This document shows positions 14,340 to 29,210 of a stretch of 64,000 nt of DNA, in pieces (the first letter of the stretch is position 1; every line of letters starts with the position of its first letter). The notes beneath the pieces are model-generated. The model searched no databases. It saw nothing but the letters and a program-made list of their open reading frames with translations, and was not told the origin of the DNA. Source of the DNA: the human T2T-CHM13v2.0 reference genome, Homo sapiens; NCBI RefSeq assembly GCF_009914755.1, contig NC_060925.1; one strand, 5' to 3'. Position numbers and translations under genes: made by a program.

Positions 14340-15590
14340 GGATAAAAGGCCAATACATAAAAAAACAATTACTGTATATATTATATATGCTAAGAATGAA
14401 CAATTGGGACATAAAATTTTAAATATGATTCAAAATAACATAAAAGTATAAAGTAGTTTTAAATCTCTCAAAATATATTGCAGAATCAATATGCTGTACC
14501 CTGTAAAACACTGATATAAGAAATCAAAGAAGACTTAAATAAGTGAAAAGGTGCTGTGTTTATGGATAGGAAGACTTTAAATTGTGAAGATACGAATTCC
14601 GCAAAGCTAGTCATTCATTGCAACTTAAATCAAAATCTCAGTCATTTATTTTTGTTTTTGTTCATGTTTTTATTTTGAGTTACTGACAGGATAATTTATT
14701 TGCAAAAAAAAATCTGACAAAAACCGTATAGAATACCTCAAACCTCAAAACTCAACAATAAGAAAGCAAACAACACTTTTTAAAAGAAATTAGCAATCTA
14801 TTTGAACAGATATTTCAGCAAAGAAAACTTTCAGGTGTTAAATTAGTCCATAAAAATATGCTCAACATCAACATCACTGGTCATTAGAGAAATGCAAGTT
14901 AAAACCACAATGAGATACAGCATCATTACTCATCGATAAAAATAACTACTGCAATTTTTTTAAAAAGGAAACAAAATAGCTAACAATATTAAACCCTGGG
15001 CAGAATGTGGAGCAACTTGATCTTGCATACATTGTTTGTGGGAATGCAAAATGTTACAACCACTGTGGAAAAGAGTTTAGCAGTTTCTTACAAAGTTAAA
15101 CATACACTTACTATTAATCCAGCAATAACACCCCTGGGTATTTACCCAAGAGGAATAAAAGCTTATGTTCACTCCAACACCTGTAATCAAATACTTATAG
15201 TGGCTTTATTTGTAAAACTGGAAACAACCTAAATGGTGGTAAATGGATTTGAAAAAAAGTGATAAACAAATGTGATAAATAGAATACTACTCAGCAATAA
15301 AAATTAATGACTGCTGGTACACACAGCAACATGGATGAATCTTAACTATGTAAGTGCAAGAAGTCAACGTCAAAGGCTACATACTGTATCACTCACTTAT
15401 ATAATATTCTGTAAAAGGCAAAACATAGGAACAGAAACAGATAATGATTGCCATGCCAGAAGGTCTTGTCAAAGGAAATGTCAGTTTTGAATGGCACAAT
15501 TAAGAAATTTGGAGAGGTTGCAGGAGTGGACTTTTTCCTTGTCTTGATTTTAGTGATTGTTACATGATTATGTGCAGTGTATCTACTGTC
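14340..15590 (+). mobile_element. Old L1M fragment (ORF2 C-terminal region and 3' UTR)
   Basis: TCATTAGAGAAATGCAAGTTAAAACCACAATGAGATAC, CTGGGTATTTACCCAAGAGG, AATAGAATACTACTCAGCAATAAAAA. Confidence 0.8.
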
Positions 15591-15609
15591 TCTATACAGT
15601 AAGATGACC

Positions 15610-18600
15610 CCCAAATCTGCACTGATCCACCTGACCCTCCACCTTCGTTTCATGGGAGAAACGAAACAGGAGAATCAGCGTTTATTTTGGAGGGAGTTTA
15701 GCCTTTTGCTGATACTATCAAAGTAAATGATTAAAGGATTCACTGTTACTTTCATTTTGGCTCCTTGTTCTTTTAATCAGCTACTCCTGGCAGTTCAACT
15801 CTCTCTCTCTCTCTTTTTCTTTCTCTCTCAACTCAGTTGAGGTCCTGACAAATTGGGGCAGTAAGCGGGAGGTGGTAGAAGAGTCTGAAGGACATTGTAG
15901 AGAGATGCTACCAGATTGTCTGCAAAAGTCCCAGGGTCCTGCAGGGCACTTTGCCATTGATTCTTGGGAAGTGCCAATGAATCCCAAGGGGAACTTCTCT
16001 AAGCATACCAATGAGACTGGGAACACGCTAGTAGAAGCAATGGGACATTCTTGGAGGTTGCTAGCATATTGTTTATATAAACTATTTGTTCTGAAGGAGA
16101 ACTTTAGTTCTTTCCTTTAGCTCCTGTTTATTAAAGACCAAACAGAGGGGCCAGGAGAAAGCTAAGGAAACTGGGGTGAAACTAGCCTGCCCTTTGCAGC
16201 CCCTACAGGTCCTGGCCAAAAAAAATAACTGTCCATCTCAACCTGCTGCTCCTCCTTGTTCTCCAACTCCTGCTCCTGCCCCAGAAAACTCATCACCAAA
16301 TCCTGATGGACCAGCCTCTATAAGTGATAAGGGTTCTCTCTGTCCCTCCCTGTGGGTCTAGGGATGGGTTAGAGGACCTCATTGACTTACCCAGACCTCT
16401 CAGTTTTCAAAAATAAACAAAACTAGGGGTTGGGACAATGTCCTTCTGTACCTAGGGGACTAGAGACTCTAAACCAAGGTTAACACTCAAAAGAGAAATA
16501 AAAGAAAATTGTACATCTTAAACTTTTTAGCTACCCATTCACAGGTGACTGTGAGTCTCACTGGCAACAAAATGAGGATAAAACATATAATGCTTTCTGT
16601 TTTGAGGTCACCACCACTGGTACCCTTGCCCAGGCTCAACTATGAGTGGGTTCCATCAGGCCCCTATAAATCTTCACTGTTATAATCCCTACTGTTAAAT
16701 ATATTATCAGTACGAATGTGTAGTCTATGTATACCTCTGCAAACCTTTGCCCCCATGCTCTGAAATTGCTGCAGTTTAGGCCATTTTACCAAGGCATATG
16801 GAAAACTATAAACCTACCTGATACATGGACATTAGCTATTAGCCTGGCCATTTGTTGGAGCCACTGGGAAGCCTAGTACTGACATATAGAAGCCCCACTG
16901 TGAGGACAAGACATTTAGATAGAAATCAGTTCCGTTCCTACTTTTTGTTACCCACGTGGATGCTGACCAGAAAGGCCCCTATGCTAACAAGGATCACATG
17001 ACCAATGAGCAGACTGCACTTGCCAATTAAACACAGAGCCCAAACTGTCCTCTTCTCCACAGCAAGCTGATGTGTGGCGGATCACCTCCTTGATCCACAA
17101 GAGGATGGCCCATAAATATTCAGGAACCACCTTAGACTGGGCCTACACGTATGGACTGCCACTGCCAACAGAAATCTCAAAAACAGCATGAAAAGCTGGT
17201 CTGCTTGTCAAAACCTGTTTAAGGCTAACCACACTGCCCATGGACAGAGGTCAAAGCCAATGGGCCAGGATGTTCTTGGCATGTAAATCACATTGTCCCA
17301 TTCAGAGTGGTTCTCTAGATCCTGACGACAGCAGACACTTTCTCTGGATTTGACCTAGTCATTCCTGTGCATTCCACTGACCCAGACCACACTATCCAGG
17401 TCCTAGAAAAACACATTTGCTTTCTGTTCATTTTTCCTGAGCATATCACATCTGATAATGCCCCCAATTTTCTACCAAAGCCACACATCAAGGAGCCCAA
17501 TCATGGGCTGTAGGATGGATTCTCCATGCTCCATAACACATAAAAAATAAGCAATAATTATTTTTAAAATATAACATTTTGGTTACTATATGAGACATAT
17601 TGATAACAATAAACTAAAACCGACATCTGAGGAGACATGGGGAAATGGAAGGATACTGATAATCTTTTTTTCAGGCTTGCTCTTAAAAGTTTTCCTTGTT
17701 TCTAAAAAAGAATGAAACAAATAAATAAAAAGAAAAATGAACCAAACATACTTCCCTGTGCTGCCTTTCCAAGCTGCTGAGAACTGATAACACTGACTCT
17801 GAGATAACAGAGGATGCTGTCAGCTTCTACACATTCCACAAAAAATACCTGCAGATGTCATCCACACTTGTGAGACCCATAGACAAATGCCACAGACAAA
17901 TAAAACTATTTAAAACTGACTGCCCCAGACAGTTACTCTAAAACCAAAGATTAAACTAAATTATTCAAACTGAGCTGAAAACACCAGGGCAGGAGGCTCT
18001 ACGATGGGAGGCTATACTGGGGGCCCTGCTAACCTGACTACCTGCCTAATGTATGCCCGGCTTGGCCTGCCTTAACATTGTTAACTCTTTGTTTACAGGG
18101 GACCACATGTGTTCTCTGAAAGGATGCTTCTTGTGTGTGTACCCCAATTGTCGTGACAATGCTAGAATCCTGGGAGGCCTTTAAGTCAGCTTATTGACAT
18201 AGTTGCTCTGTTTCCGAACTGATGCTCCAGGCAGGTGAAAAAGATTCATATAGAAATAGGAGAAAGCCTTCTGGCTCTTTTAAAGTAGATCCTAGCGGGC
18301 TTTGGTACATCTTTTCCTTGCTTGGTAACTGTTGGGACTCACAGTTCCATTCAATCTTCCAGGCAAGCCTGATCATCTTACTTGGAATGATCTTGATCAC
18401 AGTCTAGGTCTACCATTGCCTCAGACTAATTGTTGTGCTGTTGTTGTCACCTCAGCATCTGACCTGACTCGGGTCCATGTTAAAGTAGCCTATGTTTCTC
18501 ACCCATGTCCTAAAAAATCAAGTTGAAGAGTTCCAGCTCCTGGTTAAAACCTATGTGTGAATTTTCAGGCTTGAAAACAGGAAATGACAAAGGCTAAAGC

Positions 18601-19230
18601 CTTTGGGAAACCTGGCAGTCTCATGGGAAAAGCTTCTCTCCCCATACCAGACTTGGTGCAGAACCAAGACTGCATTGCAGTCTCTCCAGTGAGTTAGTCA
18701 AGGACTCAGGAACCCCTGGCTGGTCGTGTTTTTTGCATATTTATATTCCTAGCCCCAGAGCCTTCATCCTAAGTCTCTTTATCTGAAGACGCTGGCTGAT
18801 GCCCTTTTGAGGTGTCTCTGCTGAGACCTCTGCTCTGGTGGGGCTGCATGGGGGGAGGTGGCAAGAAGAGAAAACCTTGAAGACATGTTGCCCTACTCTG
18901 ACTTAGCCCAGTACTTTTCCACTTCTAGCTCTCTTCCTTCCCTTACCACAGGATCCATAAATTTGCTGCAACCTTTTTTGGGGGCTCCCTCAGCAGTGGA
19001 ACAATCCCTAGGTCTGCACTGATCCACCTGACCTGCGCACAAGTCCATGGGGGAAAATAGAACAGAGAGGAGTAGCACCTGCTCCGGTTTTAGCTTGTTG
19101 CTCACATTATCACCATAAGTGATTAAAGACTTCACTGCTAACTTTCATCATGGCTCCTCCTTGCTCTAATTGACTACCCCTACACCTGGCAGCTCAATGC
19201 TCTCTCTTAACTCTACGGAGCCCCTGACCC
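15610..19230 (+). mobile_element. Degraded class-III (ERVL/HERV-S-like) provirus: partial 5' LTR (15610-15849), PBS, pol and env remnants, 3' LTR (about 18563-19230)
   Basis: Direct repeats 15615-15849 and 19012-19230; PBS-like TGGGGCAGTAAGCGGG right after CCTGACA; integrase core ILTTADTFSGF...HITSDNAPNF at 17319-17471; RNase H-like THVDADQKG near 16950. Confidence 0.85.
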
Positions 19231-20064
19231 ACACACTTGAAGAGATTAAAGAAAGAGGTAAAAAGATTTATATACTATCTCAATTTTCAAATTAGTGTAG
19301 AGATGACTGCTACTAATTCCAGAAATTTGAGATCATTAGGATCTAAAGCAGTCAGAGCTACTGTCTTACTGTGTTTCTGGCATTCCTATGTATTTCTTCA
19401 AAGTGTTTGGTGCTAATCCTTGTAATAAAATCAAGATACCTGTGTTTTGGCAAAATCGATGTTCTACTCCTCAGAGATTAATATGATAATTAGAAGTTTA
19501 TCTGTTGGAGACTTGGAAGGAAAGACATAAGCTCACTCAATCCCACTGAGAGAAAGGAAGGTAAGCATAAAAAATTGATCTGGGATAGAGACTGTGTTCT
19601 GTTTGAGTCAATATCCTGACATAAGATTTTCAGTAATAGACTCTTCTGATATATTTGACTTCTCTTATTAACAATATTGATGATTTATATTTATCTGGCT
19701 CAAACAAGGTACCAGTATGTGCAATGATATCCTCCTGGATCATAATTAATTTAGAAAATTCTGAGGATATGAAAGCAGAGAAACAATCTTATGACCAGTG
19801 AAAAAGTCTCAATTATTCAATATGTCATGCTCCAGAAAAAATAAAACCTTATCCCTGATTTCTAATGCTGTGTTTGTCCTCCTCTCCTCCACCAAGACTA
19901 ATTCTATTCAGCCACCCATGCAGCCTCAAATATGTCCCCAAATATTGTTATTTAAGTCAACAGAAAGATCACTGGCTAAGTGTCCTTTTCCCTCTATCTA
20001 TTTGGCAATTTACTTTCTCCTTGACCCAGAACAAGCCTACATCTTCAACTCATGTGCATTCTCC

Positions 20065-20285
20065 TCTTACCTCTAGCAGAGACAATGAGGTCCCTAACCA
20101 TTCCTGGATTTATGAAATTTAAGTCCCTTCTGTTCAGCTGAAAGCACTGTTAAACCTGTTTCTAAAGGTTTCTTGGGGGAGATTTCTCTACTGGGATATT
20201 TCCCCTGATAACTAGAGAAAAGCAGCAATTCTATTTCCCCATGGCTTAATTAATGGAAACTCCTCTGACACTTTCTCATTAGTTT
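20065..20285 (-). promoter_or_regulatory. Putative OR6K4P promoter/first exon
   Basis: Minus-strand donor GAG|GTAAGA (GT at 20069-20070); TTCCCCATGGC next to TAATTA at 20247; homologous to the modules at 5.8 kb and 31.9 kb. Confidence 0.6.
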
Positions 20286-20292
20286 TCCATAG

Positions 20293-20525
20293 TGTCAGGA
20301 ACTCCAAGCATCTAAGTAAAGGCTTTACCTAGCAGGCTCATGGGGAAAGCTGCTCCTCCTACACCAGGCTCTGTGCAGGACCAATGCATTGCAGCCTGTG
20401 AAGCGAGTTAGTCAAGGACTCAGGCTGGTCATGCTCTTTGCATATTTATATTCCTAGCCCCAGAGCCTTCATCCTAAGTTTCTTTATCTGAAGACATTGG
20501 CTGAGGTCCTTTTGAAGTGTCTGCT
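20293..20525 (+). mobile_element. 5' part of a third copy of the same ERV LTR
   Basis: Starts TGTCAGG; clearly similar to 18610-18825 (GAGTTAGTCAAGGACTCAGG...TTTGCATATTTATATTCCTAGCCCCAGAGCCTTCATCCTAAG). Confidence 0.85.
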
Positions 20526-20899
20526 ATGTCATAAGTGTGTGTCATAAGTAAAGTATGAACCTCATTTGATAGATTTGCTCAGAATCAACAGGTTATATAA
20601 ATACATGTTCTTTTGAAGAATTGCTTTCAACAGAATTAAGAATTTATTTATTTATTTATTTATTTTTACTTCACTGTCCTCTGAAATGGTAGTTAATTTT
20701 TTCAAGGCCTGTTCATTTTTCTGGAAGAAGACATAATTCATTGCAACAACACCGTTGATTACATAAAAGGCAATGCTATACTTAATTTGTTTACTTAGCT
20801 CAAGATACTTTTTTACCACAGTTCTAAATATAGACCATACTCTACTCTTTTAGTCCACACATACATGATTAGTTCCAGTGATTCCAAGGAAGATTTTAG

Positions 20900-21417
20900 C
20901 ATAATGTGAAAATGCCAATAATCTCTATGTTGCAAAGAAAATTATACAATCTTAACTCTTCCCTGTGCTCATGCTCCTTGCAAAGTGAATTGGCAGCTCT
21001 TGCCATTAAAAGATAGAATCTCTTTCCCTTCCTCTATGTCTCCTTGTGACTGGCTTGGGCCATAAGAGAAGAGATTATGGGCCAGTTCTGAGCCTAGGCC
21101 TCAAGAGACCTTGTTTGCATACTTAGACTCTGTTTCAACACTCTACCAGTAACTGGGTGAACACACTCAGAACCAGACTTCTGGAAAGTAAAACACCACA
21201 TGAATGGGAATAGAATTGTCTTAGCTAATCTTGTCCCAGCCTGCTGTAGCCAGCCAGTTGCTGACCTTGGAAACATGAGTGAACCAGGACTAGAGCAACT
21301 ACCCATTTAGTTAGAGCCCAAATTCCTAACCCATGAAATTCTGAGACAAACATATAGGTTCTGTTTTAAGCTATTAACTTTTGGGGTGGTTTGTTATATA
21401 GCAAAATATAACTGATA
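20900..21417 (+). mobile_element. MaLR solo LTR (MLT1 family)
   Basis: CAGTTCTGAGCCTAGGCCTCAAGAG and typical 3' end TGTTTTAAGCTATTAACTTTTGGGGTGGTTTGTTATATAGCA...AACTGATA. Confidence 0.8.
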
Positions 21418-22829
21418 AAGTATATTAAATCATCCTTCCCACCTCCACAGTTTTGTTCCAAGTCCAATCTACTACTCATACCATACCAGGAATGTTATTC
21501 TAAGAGTGTAATATCTTACTTAATCTCCTTGATGCCTTCACTTGTAGGTTGGATTAAACTCCAATTTCTCAAAGCATGACCTATAAGGTTCTGCATATTT
21601 TGCCTCTAGACTTCATCTCATGACTCTTACTGTGTCCCATCTACCCATGCCTACATTTGGTTCCTTTAATGAACCCAGCTGTTTCTAACCTCAGGGAATC
21701 TGCACAAATGACTGATCTTACATATTTTTCTGACTGATTCCTTCTCAATCTTCAAGTTTTGGCTTAAATTCTACTTCATTGATGAAGTCTTATCTGTCAC
21801 TTACCTCTAAGTGGATATTCATGTTTGTTAATTCTTTTGACTCATATTGCTAATTTGCTTTAGAAAGGATTATACTATTTTGATATCTTAGCATTGTCAG
21901 AGAGTACATATTTTCATCACCTTAAAATTATCGTATGCTTTTAAAAACAAAACTTAGCTTTTAATATAATGCAATTATTATCATAAAAATTAGAAACAAT
22001 AAATAAAAATTAAAAATAGAAATCGTGTTAAATTTGTATTCAAAAATTCAAAGGTAATTTAAATTAGGTTAAATTTAATTTAAATTAGTTTAAATACCTA
22101 ATCTCATTTTGTTTATAAATTGAGGGTCACAACCTATTAATGAGTGAAATCAGTTCCAAAAATGTTTTTAATAACATAGAATAGGAAAAAACAGAATAGA
22201 AAAGATCAAAAGTATTGCATGGAATAAGTATAAGTATTGTTTTATAAAAATACTTTTCTACTAGAAATATGAATATGAGTGTGTAAATGTATGTATGTAT
22301 GTCCTAAATTATGATTTAAAATATATTATTTATTGTGAATCACAGTCAACAAAGTTTTTAGTGATCCCACTTGCTCCTTGTTACCCTAATTCTCTTTTCT
22401 CAATGGTAGTAAAATTCTATGAAAAAGTTGCACATGCATTTCCATTCTAGCCTGCACTCTCAAGTATCTAACTCATGGAACAGCCTACTCAACACTTTTA
22501 TTAGATGTCTAACAGTCCAGTTAAACTTGAAATATGCAAAACTAAACTTCTAGTATCCCTTCTCCCAACATCTTCCTGAAGTATTCTCTGTCAGTATTCT
22601 CTATGTTTTTAATGACAACTCCATCATTCCAGTTCGCCATCCTTGACTGCCCGCTCACAGTCAATTTGCAGTCTATCAGGAAATTCTGTTGTTCTGTTGT
22701 CAAACTGAATCTAGAATTGGACCACACTTCTCCATCTTCATTGCCACTATCCTGATCTGAACCACCATCATCTCTTACTAGGGTTATTGCAGAAGCTCCT
22801 GAAGGACTGCAGCTACTATACTTGCCTCC

Positions 22830-22943
22830 CTTCAATGTCTTCTCAACTCAGAGGCATGCCTTACTCTGTTAAACTCAACATCAGACACTTCAATGTCTCC
22901 TCAACACAGAGGCATGCCTTACTCTGTTAAACTCAACATCAGA
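22830..22943. repeat. 58-bp-period tandem duplication (2 copies) within L2-like sequence
   Basis: CTTCAATGTCT(T/C)CTCAAC(T/A)CAGAGGCATGCCTTACTCTGTTAAACTCAACATCAGA occurs twice. Confidence 0.9.
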
Positions 22944-23041
22944 AGATGTCTCTCCTCTGCTCCATATTTTCCAATAACTTCCCGATTCTCAGAATAAATT
23001 AGAAAAATCTAAATCTTGTAACAACCTTCAAGTCTCTATAT

Positions 23042-23262
23042 CAGGGTGTCCAATCTTTTACCTTCCCTGGGCCACGTTGGAAGAGAAGAATTGCCTTGGA
23101 CCACACATAAAATACACCAACACTAACAAGAGCTAATGAGATGAAAAAGTGTCACAAAAAAAAAATCTCATTTTTAAAGAAAGTTTATGAATTTGTGTTG
23201 GGCCACATTCAAAGCTATCTTGGGCTGCATGTGGCCTGCAGGCTGTGGGTTGGACAAGCTTG
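23042..23262 (+). mobile_element. MER30 non-autonomous hAT DNA transposon
   Basis: CAGGGTGTCCAATCTTTT...GGGCCAC...TTGGACAAGCTTG termini typical of MER30. Confidence 0.85.
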
Positions 23263-23433
23263 CTGTGTATAATCCATCTTTTTTTTTTCCCCCTAAACTC
23301 ATCGTCTAGTTTTCCAGACCTGTCCCTGACTCCATTTCCACCACATTAGTCTCCTGATTCCTTAAACAAGCCAGAGGCTCACCCACTTCAGGGCTTTTTC
23401 ACTAGCTTTTAGTGCTGTCTGGATTATTCTCCC

Positions 23434-23898
23434 AGACAGAGTGGGAGCATCACCATCTTGGACAAGTCCCTCATTCTAAAGTTCACCTTGTTAAAAAACC
23501 ACCTAAATCCAAAGGGCGTCAGCCTAATGGCTAATGTCAGCATGACCATAAACCACACATAACATCTCTAGCCAGAAACATTCCAAACTCTTCCCCAACC
23601 AGAGACATGCTAGCCCCAAGATAACCCTCCTCCGGTTGGAAAGATGTCTGCCCCAAGATAACCTCCCCTCCTCCCAGAGACATTCCAACCCCGCCATAAA
23701 ACTTCTCCCTCACACAGAAACATTCCAAGCTTATAATAAGCTCTTCACTTTAAAACCAATATATACTCTTAGTGTGTAAGAGAAAGCAGTCCTGACCGAA
23801 ATTGGCCAGAAGCCCCTTTCAGGTTTTAAGTAAAGAAAACCTATCTTGGACTGTTAAGCCATGTTTCGTGTTTCTTTCCTCTTTCTTTAGCTTTCACA
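23434..23898 (+). mobile_element. Solo LTR (ERVL class, tentatively LTR47-like)
   Basis: 5-bp TSD CTCCC (23429-23433 and 23899-23903); ends in CA; internal repeats CCCCAAGATAACC and AGAAACATTCCAA. Confidence 0.75.
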
Positions 23899-26269
23899 CT
23901 CCCTCCATATGGCTAACTCCATTTTCCTCAAATCTTTGTTCAATTGTGGCCCTCTAAATAAGGTTCAACTTTACCAACCTGTTCTAAAATTATTATCCTG
24001 CTACCCATACCAGATCATCTTATTCTATTTTCTTTTATATTTTCTACAGAATATATAGTTTCATGTAATAGTTATCTTTTTTTGCTTATTTTTAGTATGT
24101 ATTTTTAAAATACCTCTCCTCCTTATAGCATAACTACATAAGGGCAGGGAATTTTTTCATCAGTTCTATTTCAAGGACCTAAAACAGTGCTTGGCAGAGT
24201 AGCCTCAGTAAATATTTGTTGCATGAATGAAAAAATGGGTTACATAGTTATTTCCTTGGTGGGTTAGCATCTTTAAAACTCATCAGGATTTTAGAGCCAA
24301 AAATAAAATTATTTAAAAGGATTGAAACCTACTATTCATGTTTTTATTAGTAAATTTGCATGTATTTAATATTTTTTGAGTTTGTATTATTTAAGATAAT
24401 TTGTCTATTTGAACACCAGATCTACTTTGTAATTATAATTTAAGATTTGTAATTGAAAAATTAACTTGGACTTTTAAAAATTAACTTCATTCGGGTTAAA
24501 TTTAATAGTCAATAAAAATTACCCAGTTAATCAAGATAGTAAGCTTACTATTTTAGGTTGAAATCTTACTTCATTGATCACAGTATTGAAACATTTAAAA
24601 GGATTTAAGATTTGCTTTAGTTATAATTTTCTTTTTAGATTAAAAAGATTATTTTAAAAGCCTGATGAGGCTTTATTAAGTCAGCAAATTGAGATGCTTA
24701 AAAATGAAATACATAGATCATATTTAAACATATTTAAAGAGAATTAAATGCCAAGTTTATGAATCAAACCAAATATTTGTGTAACACCTTTAAAAATGAA
24801 TAAAATATATTAGGTTTATTAATAGAATACTAAGGTTTTTAAGCGGGAATTGAAAGAATTAAAGACCTACTTTTTTAATGTTTACCTCAAATAAATTTAA
24901 ATTGTATAATCGAAGAAACATATATAATTTTCTTCATGCAAAATGTGTTGTCATCAGTGTTTAAAATCTCATATCAATGCAGGAGAGGATTTAATGATAC
25001 AGGAGTGAGAAGGGACAAACAGTAGGGCTGGGTCCAAGGCAGGGGAGGAAACAAGGTCTGGAGCTGAACTGAAGTTGGAACTAAGGTCTTTTTTCCACTT
25101 TAGCACTCATAAGCGGATAGGTGGATAGAAGAATGTATCTGCCTCCCTGAAAACAGTTGATTGAGACTTTTTTTTTTTTTTTGGCCGGCGCTATTGATAT
25201 TTCCATTATTATCTGCTTATTTTCTCCCCACACCTCTAGCTGGCCTCCTGGTCATTAGGATTCCGCTGGCAGTTGCCCTGTGTCCCTGCTATTTTCTCCG
25301 CAGGAGCCGAGCGAAACCCCTTTTCTAGAGACAATTTACTCAGCTCTTAAAAATGCTAGTGTAGTTTTGTGGGAGGAAGGCAGGGACGTTTATCTCAAAC
25401 GATAAAATGTGTTTTTGAACTTTCTGAGTATAAGCTCCAAAGCAGAGAAGAAGAAACGGAGCAACACTCCAGAGCAAACATGAAATGAGAACAAAGATGT
25501 TGAGATATAAAACTGCACAGCATTTTAACATAACATAACGTAGCATAACGTAATCATAACATGGAACGTTTTTAATAGCAGTGATATTAATTTTAAAAAA
25601 TCTACCAAAATATAACTATATATCTTTGTATAATTTGTATATTTATGTTTTTGGTCCTAAGCCTATATATTATATATCTATTTAATCTTCAAGGACCCAA
25701 GAGCATTTGCTCTGAAATCTACAAAACGATGTGAAAATTAATCCATAAAGGAATTCATAATAACAGCATTATACAAACATCACAAGTTCAGTGACTCTAT
25801 GTTCCGCATAATCATTGTGATATATCAGAGGACAATTTATGGAGGGGTAAAGGTCTCTGGGCTGAATGTTAAGAAGCCAGGTTTCTTTTCCAAGCCCAAA
25901 TCACTTCACCGGTGTGCACCTTGTTAATCTTTTGAAAGTGAAAAAAAAACTGACCTAAGGGTATTGTGAATATTAAATGAAATATTTCATAATGGAAACA
26001 CTTAGAAAGTAATAAATATGATTTACTTAATTATAAAGTAATAAATATGATTATTGTTTAGGCCAGTATTCTCTTTTGATTTGGAGAAAACTCCAAATCA
26101 AAACTCCACTACTTGGAGTTACAAAGTGAAGAAAATATTCCATTATAATCTGTGAATGATAGAAACATAGGTAAATCTATAGCAGACATCCCCTGTCAGA
26201 TCAAACATTAGTCCTTACATTAGAAAATTAGAAAGTATAGCAAATCAACAGCATAAATCAAAACACGTA

Positions 26270-26910
26270 CGGTGGGTTTATGTGCAGATTTGTTACACGG
26301 GGATTTTGCGTGAAGCTGAGGTTTGGAGTACGGATCTCGTCACTCAGGTAGTGAGCATATTACCTGATAGGTAGTTGTTTTACCCACCCCTTCACAACCT
26401 CTGATAGTCCATAGTGTCTATTGTTTCCATATTTATGTCCATGTAACCTCTATGTTTAGCTCCCACTTATAAATGAGAACTAAAAAATAAAAGGGATGAT
26501 AAAAGACATTCATAACATATTGTGAAACACAAGCAAGGATGTCAGCAGATTACTCATCAAAAACAATGCAAGTGAGAACAAAGCAGAACAACATCTTTAA
26601 CTCATGGAAAAAAAGAAAAAAAAATCTTATATTTTGGACTTCTATATCCAGAAAAAAACATCTTATAAAATGAGGACAAAATAAAATACTTGCTCAGATT
26701 TACAAAGCGTTGTTGAAACTTACAAAAACAAAAACGATTAATCATCCACAGACCCACAGTGTGAGAAAAGTTGAAGGAAGCTTCTCAGGTGGAAGGAAAA
26801 TGACACCAGATGAATACAGATTTTCACAAAGAAATGTGGAGTGCAGGAAAAGAGAACAATGTAGACACATGTATAAGAAGGTTTTACAATCATTTAAATA
26901 TCTTTAAAAC
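26270..26910. mobile_element. L1PA 3' UTR fragment (minus, about 26270-26480) adjoining an old L1M ORF1-like fragment (plus)
   Basis: GTGCAGATTTGTTACACGGG...TTTAGCTCCCACTTATAAATGAGAAC; then AGCAGATTACTCATCAAAAACAATGCAAG. Confidence 0.6.
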
Positions 26911-27229
26911 TTAACGTACTTATTTTGTTTTTGTTTTTACAGCTTAACTTACTTTTCAAGCAAAAGTAATAACATTTATAAATCATACTTATAGTCTTAG
27001 AAAAACAAGACCTATAAATTAAAATGATAGACACAAAACTTAGTACTGTTGTTATTCATATTAAAAATCATTAAAGAGATACTTCACTTTGAAAATACAT
27101 GCCAAAATGTCTTTAAATAATTTCGTTAAAAAAAGAAAAAGTGCGTGGTAATTTTAAAAAACTGATTTGTTAGCATTTTAAACTTAAGGAGATGATGAGA
27201 TTTCTTTGAAGAGGTGTGTGTGAACTCCA

Positions 27230-28500
<1,271 letters not shown>

Positions 28501-29210
28501 ATTTTCAGCGGTTTCACTTGTTGGCTCATAAAACACAGTCAACATTCTAAGTACATGCAAAGAACAAATAAAAACCTTCTTTTCAAGCAACTAAACAGCC
28601 TTGAAATTAGGCTGGTTAAATAAAATATACTATGTGAGTCATTTTGCAACATATAAAGTTATCCTGTCAAATTTAGTAATTATAATAACTTATGTTGTCA
28701 ATTATTCTGTTGGATAAGCTAACAGTATTGCTAGTTAGACATATAAATTGGTACAAACTCCCCTGAATGGCAATTTGGCAATTTATATTGAGAGTTTAAG
28801 ACTGTTTAGAGTTTAAGCCTTTCACTATGTAGTCTAGGGGAAATATTTCAGATATTAAAAAAGAAATATATGACAATATTAGCTAGAACATTTATTATAA
28901 CAGTAAATTAGGAACAATTTAAGTAAGTAGACATTTTCATTTTTTTGAGATGAAGTGTTGGGGACACAGAAGAATGGGTCATGACAAAATGATACCCTCT
29001 GTGGATAAGAATAAACTCATTTTTAAGTGCGCATGTTTGAAACTAAAGTATGATTAGCAGCTTCCCTTAGTCTGACTCATTATTAACAATTGAATGAAAA
29101 GAAAAAATCCAAACATTCCACCAAATATTATTTACTTTAAGACACAAGAGGCTAATCTCATGTGACATATATGGGTATACAAATTAATCTAATCTACACT
29201 CTAAAGGGGG

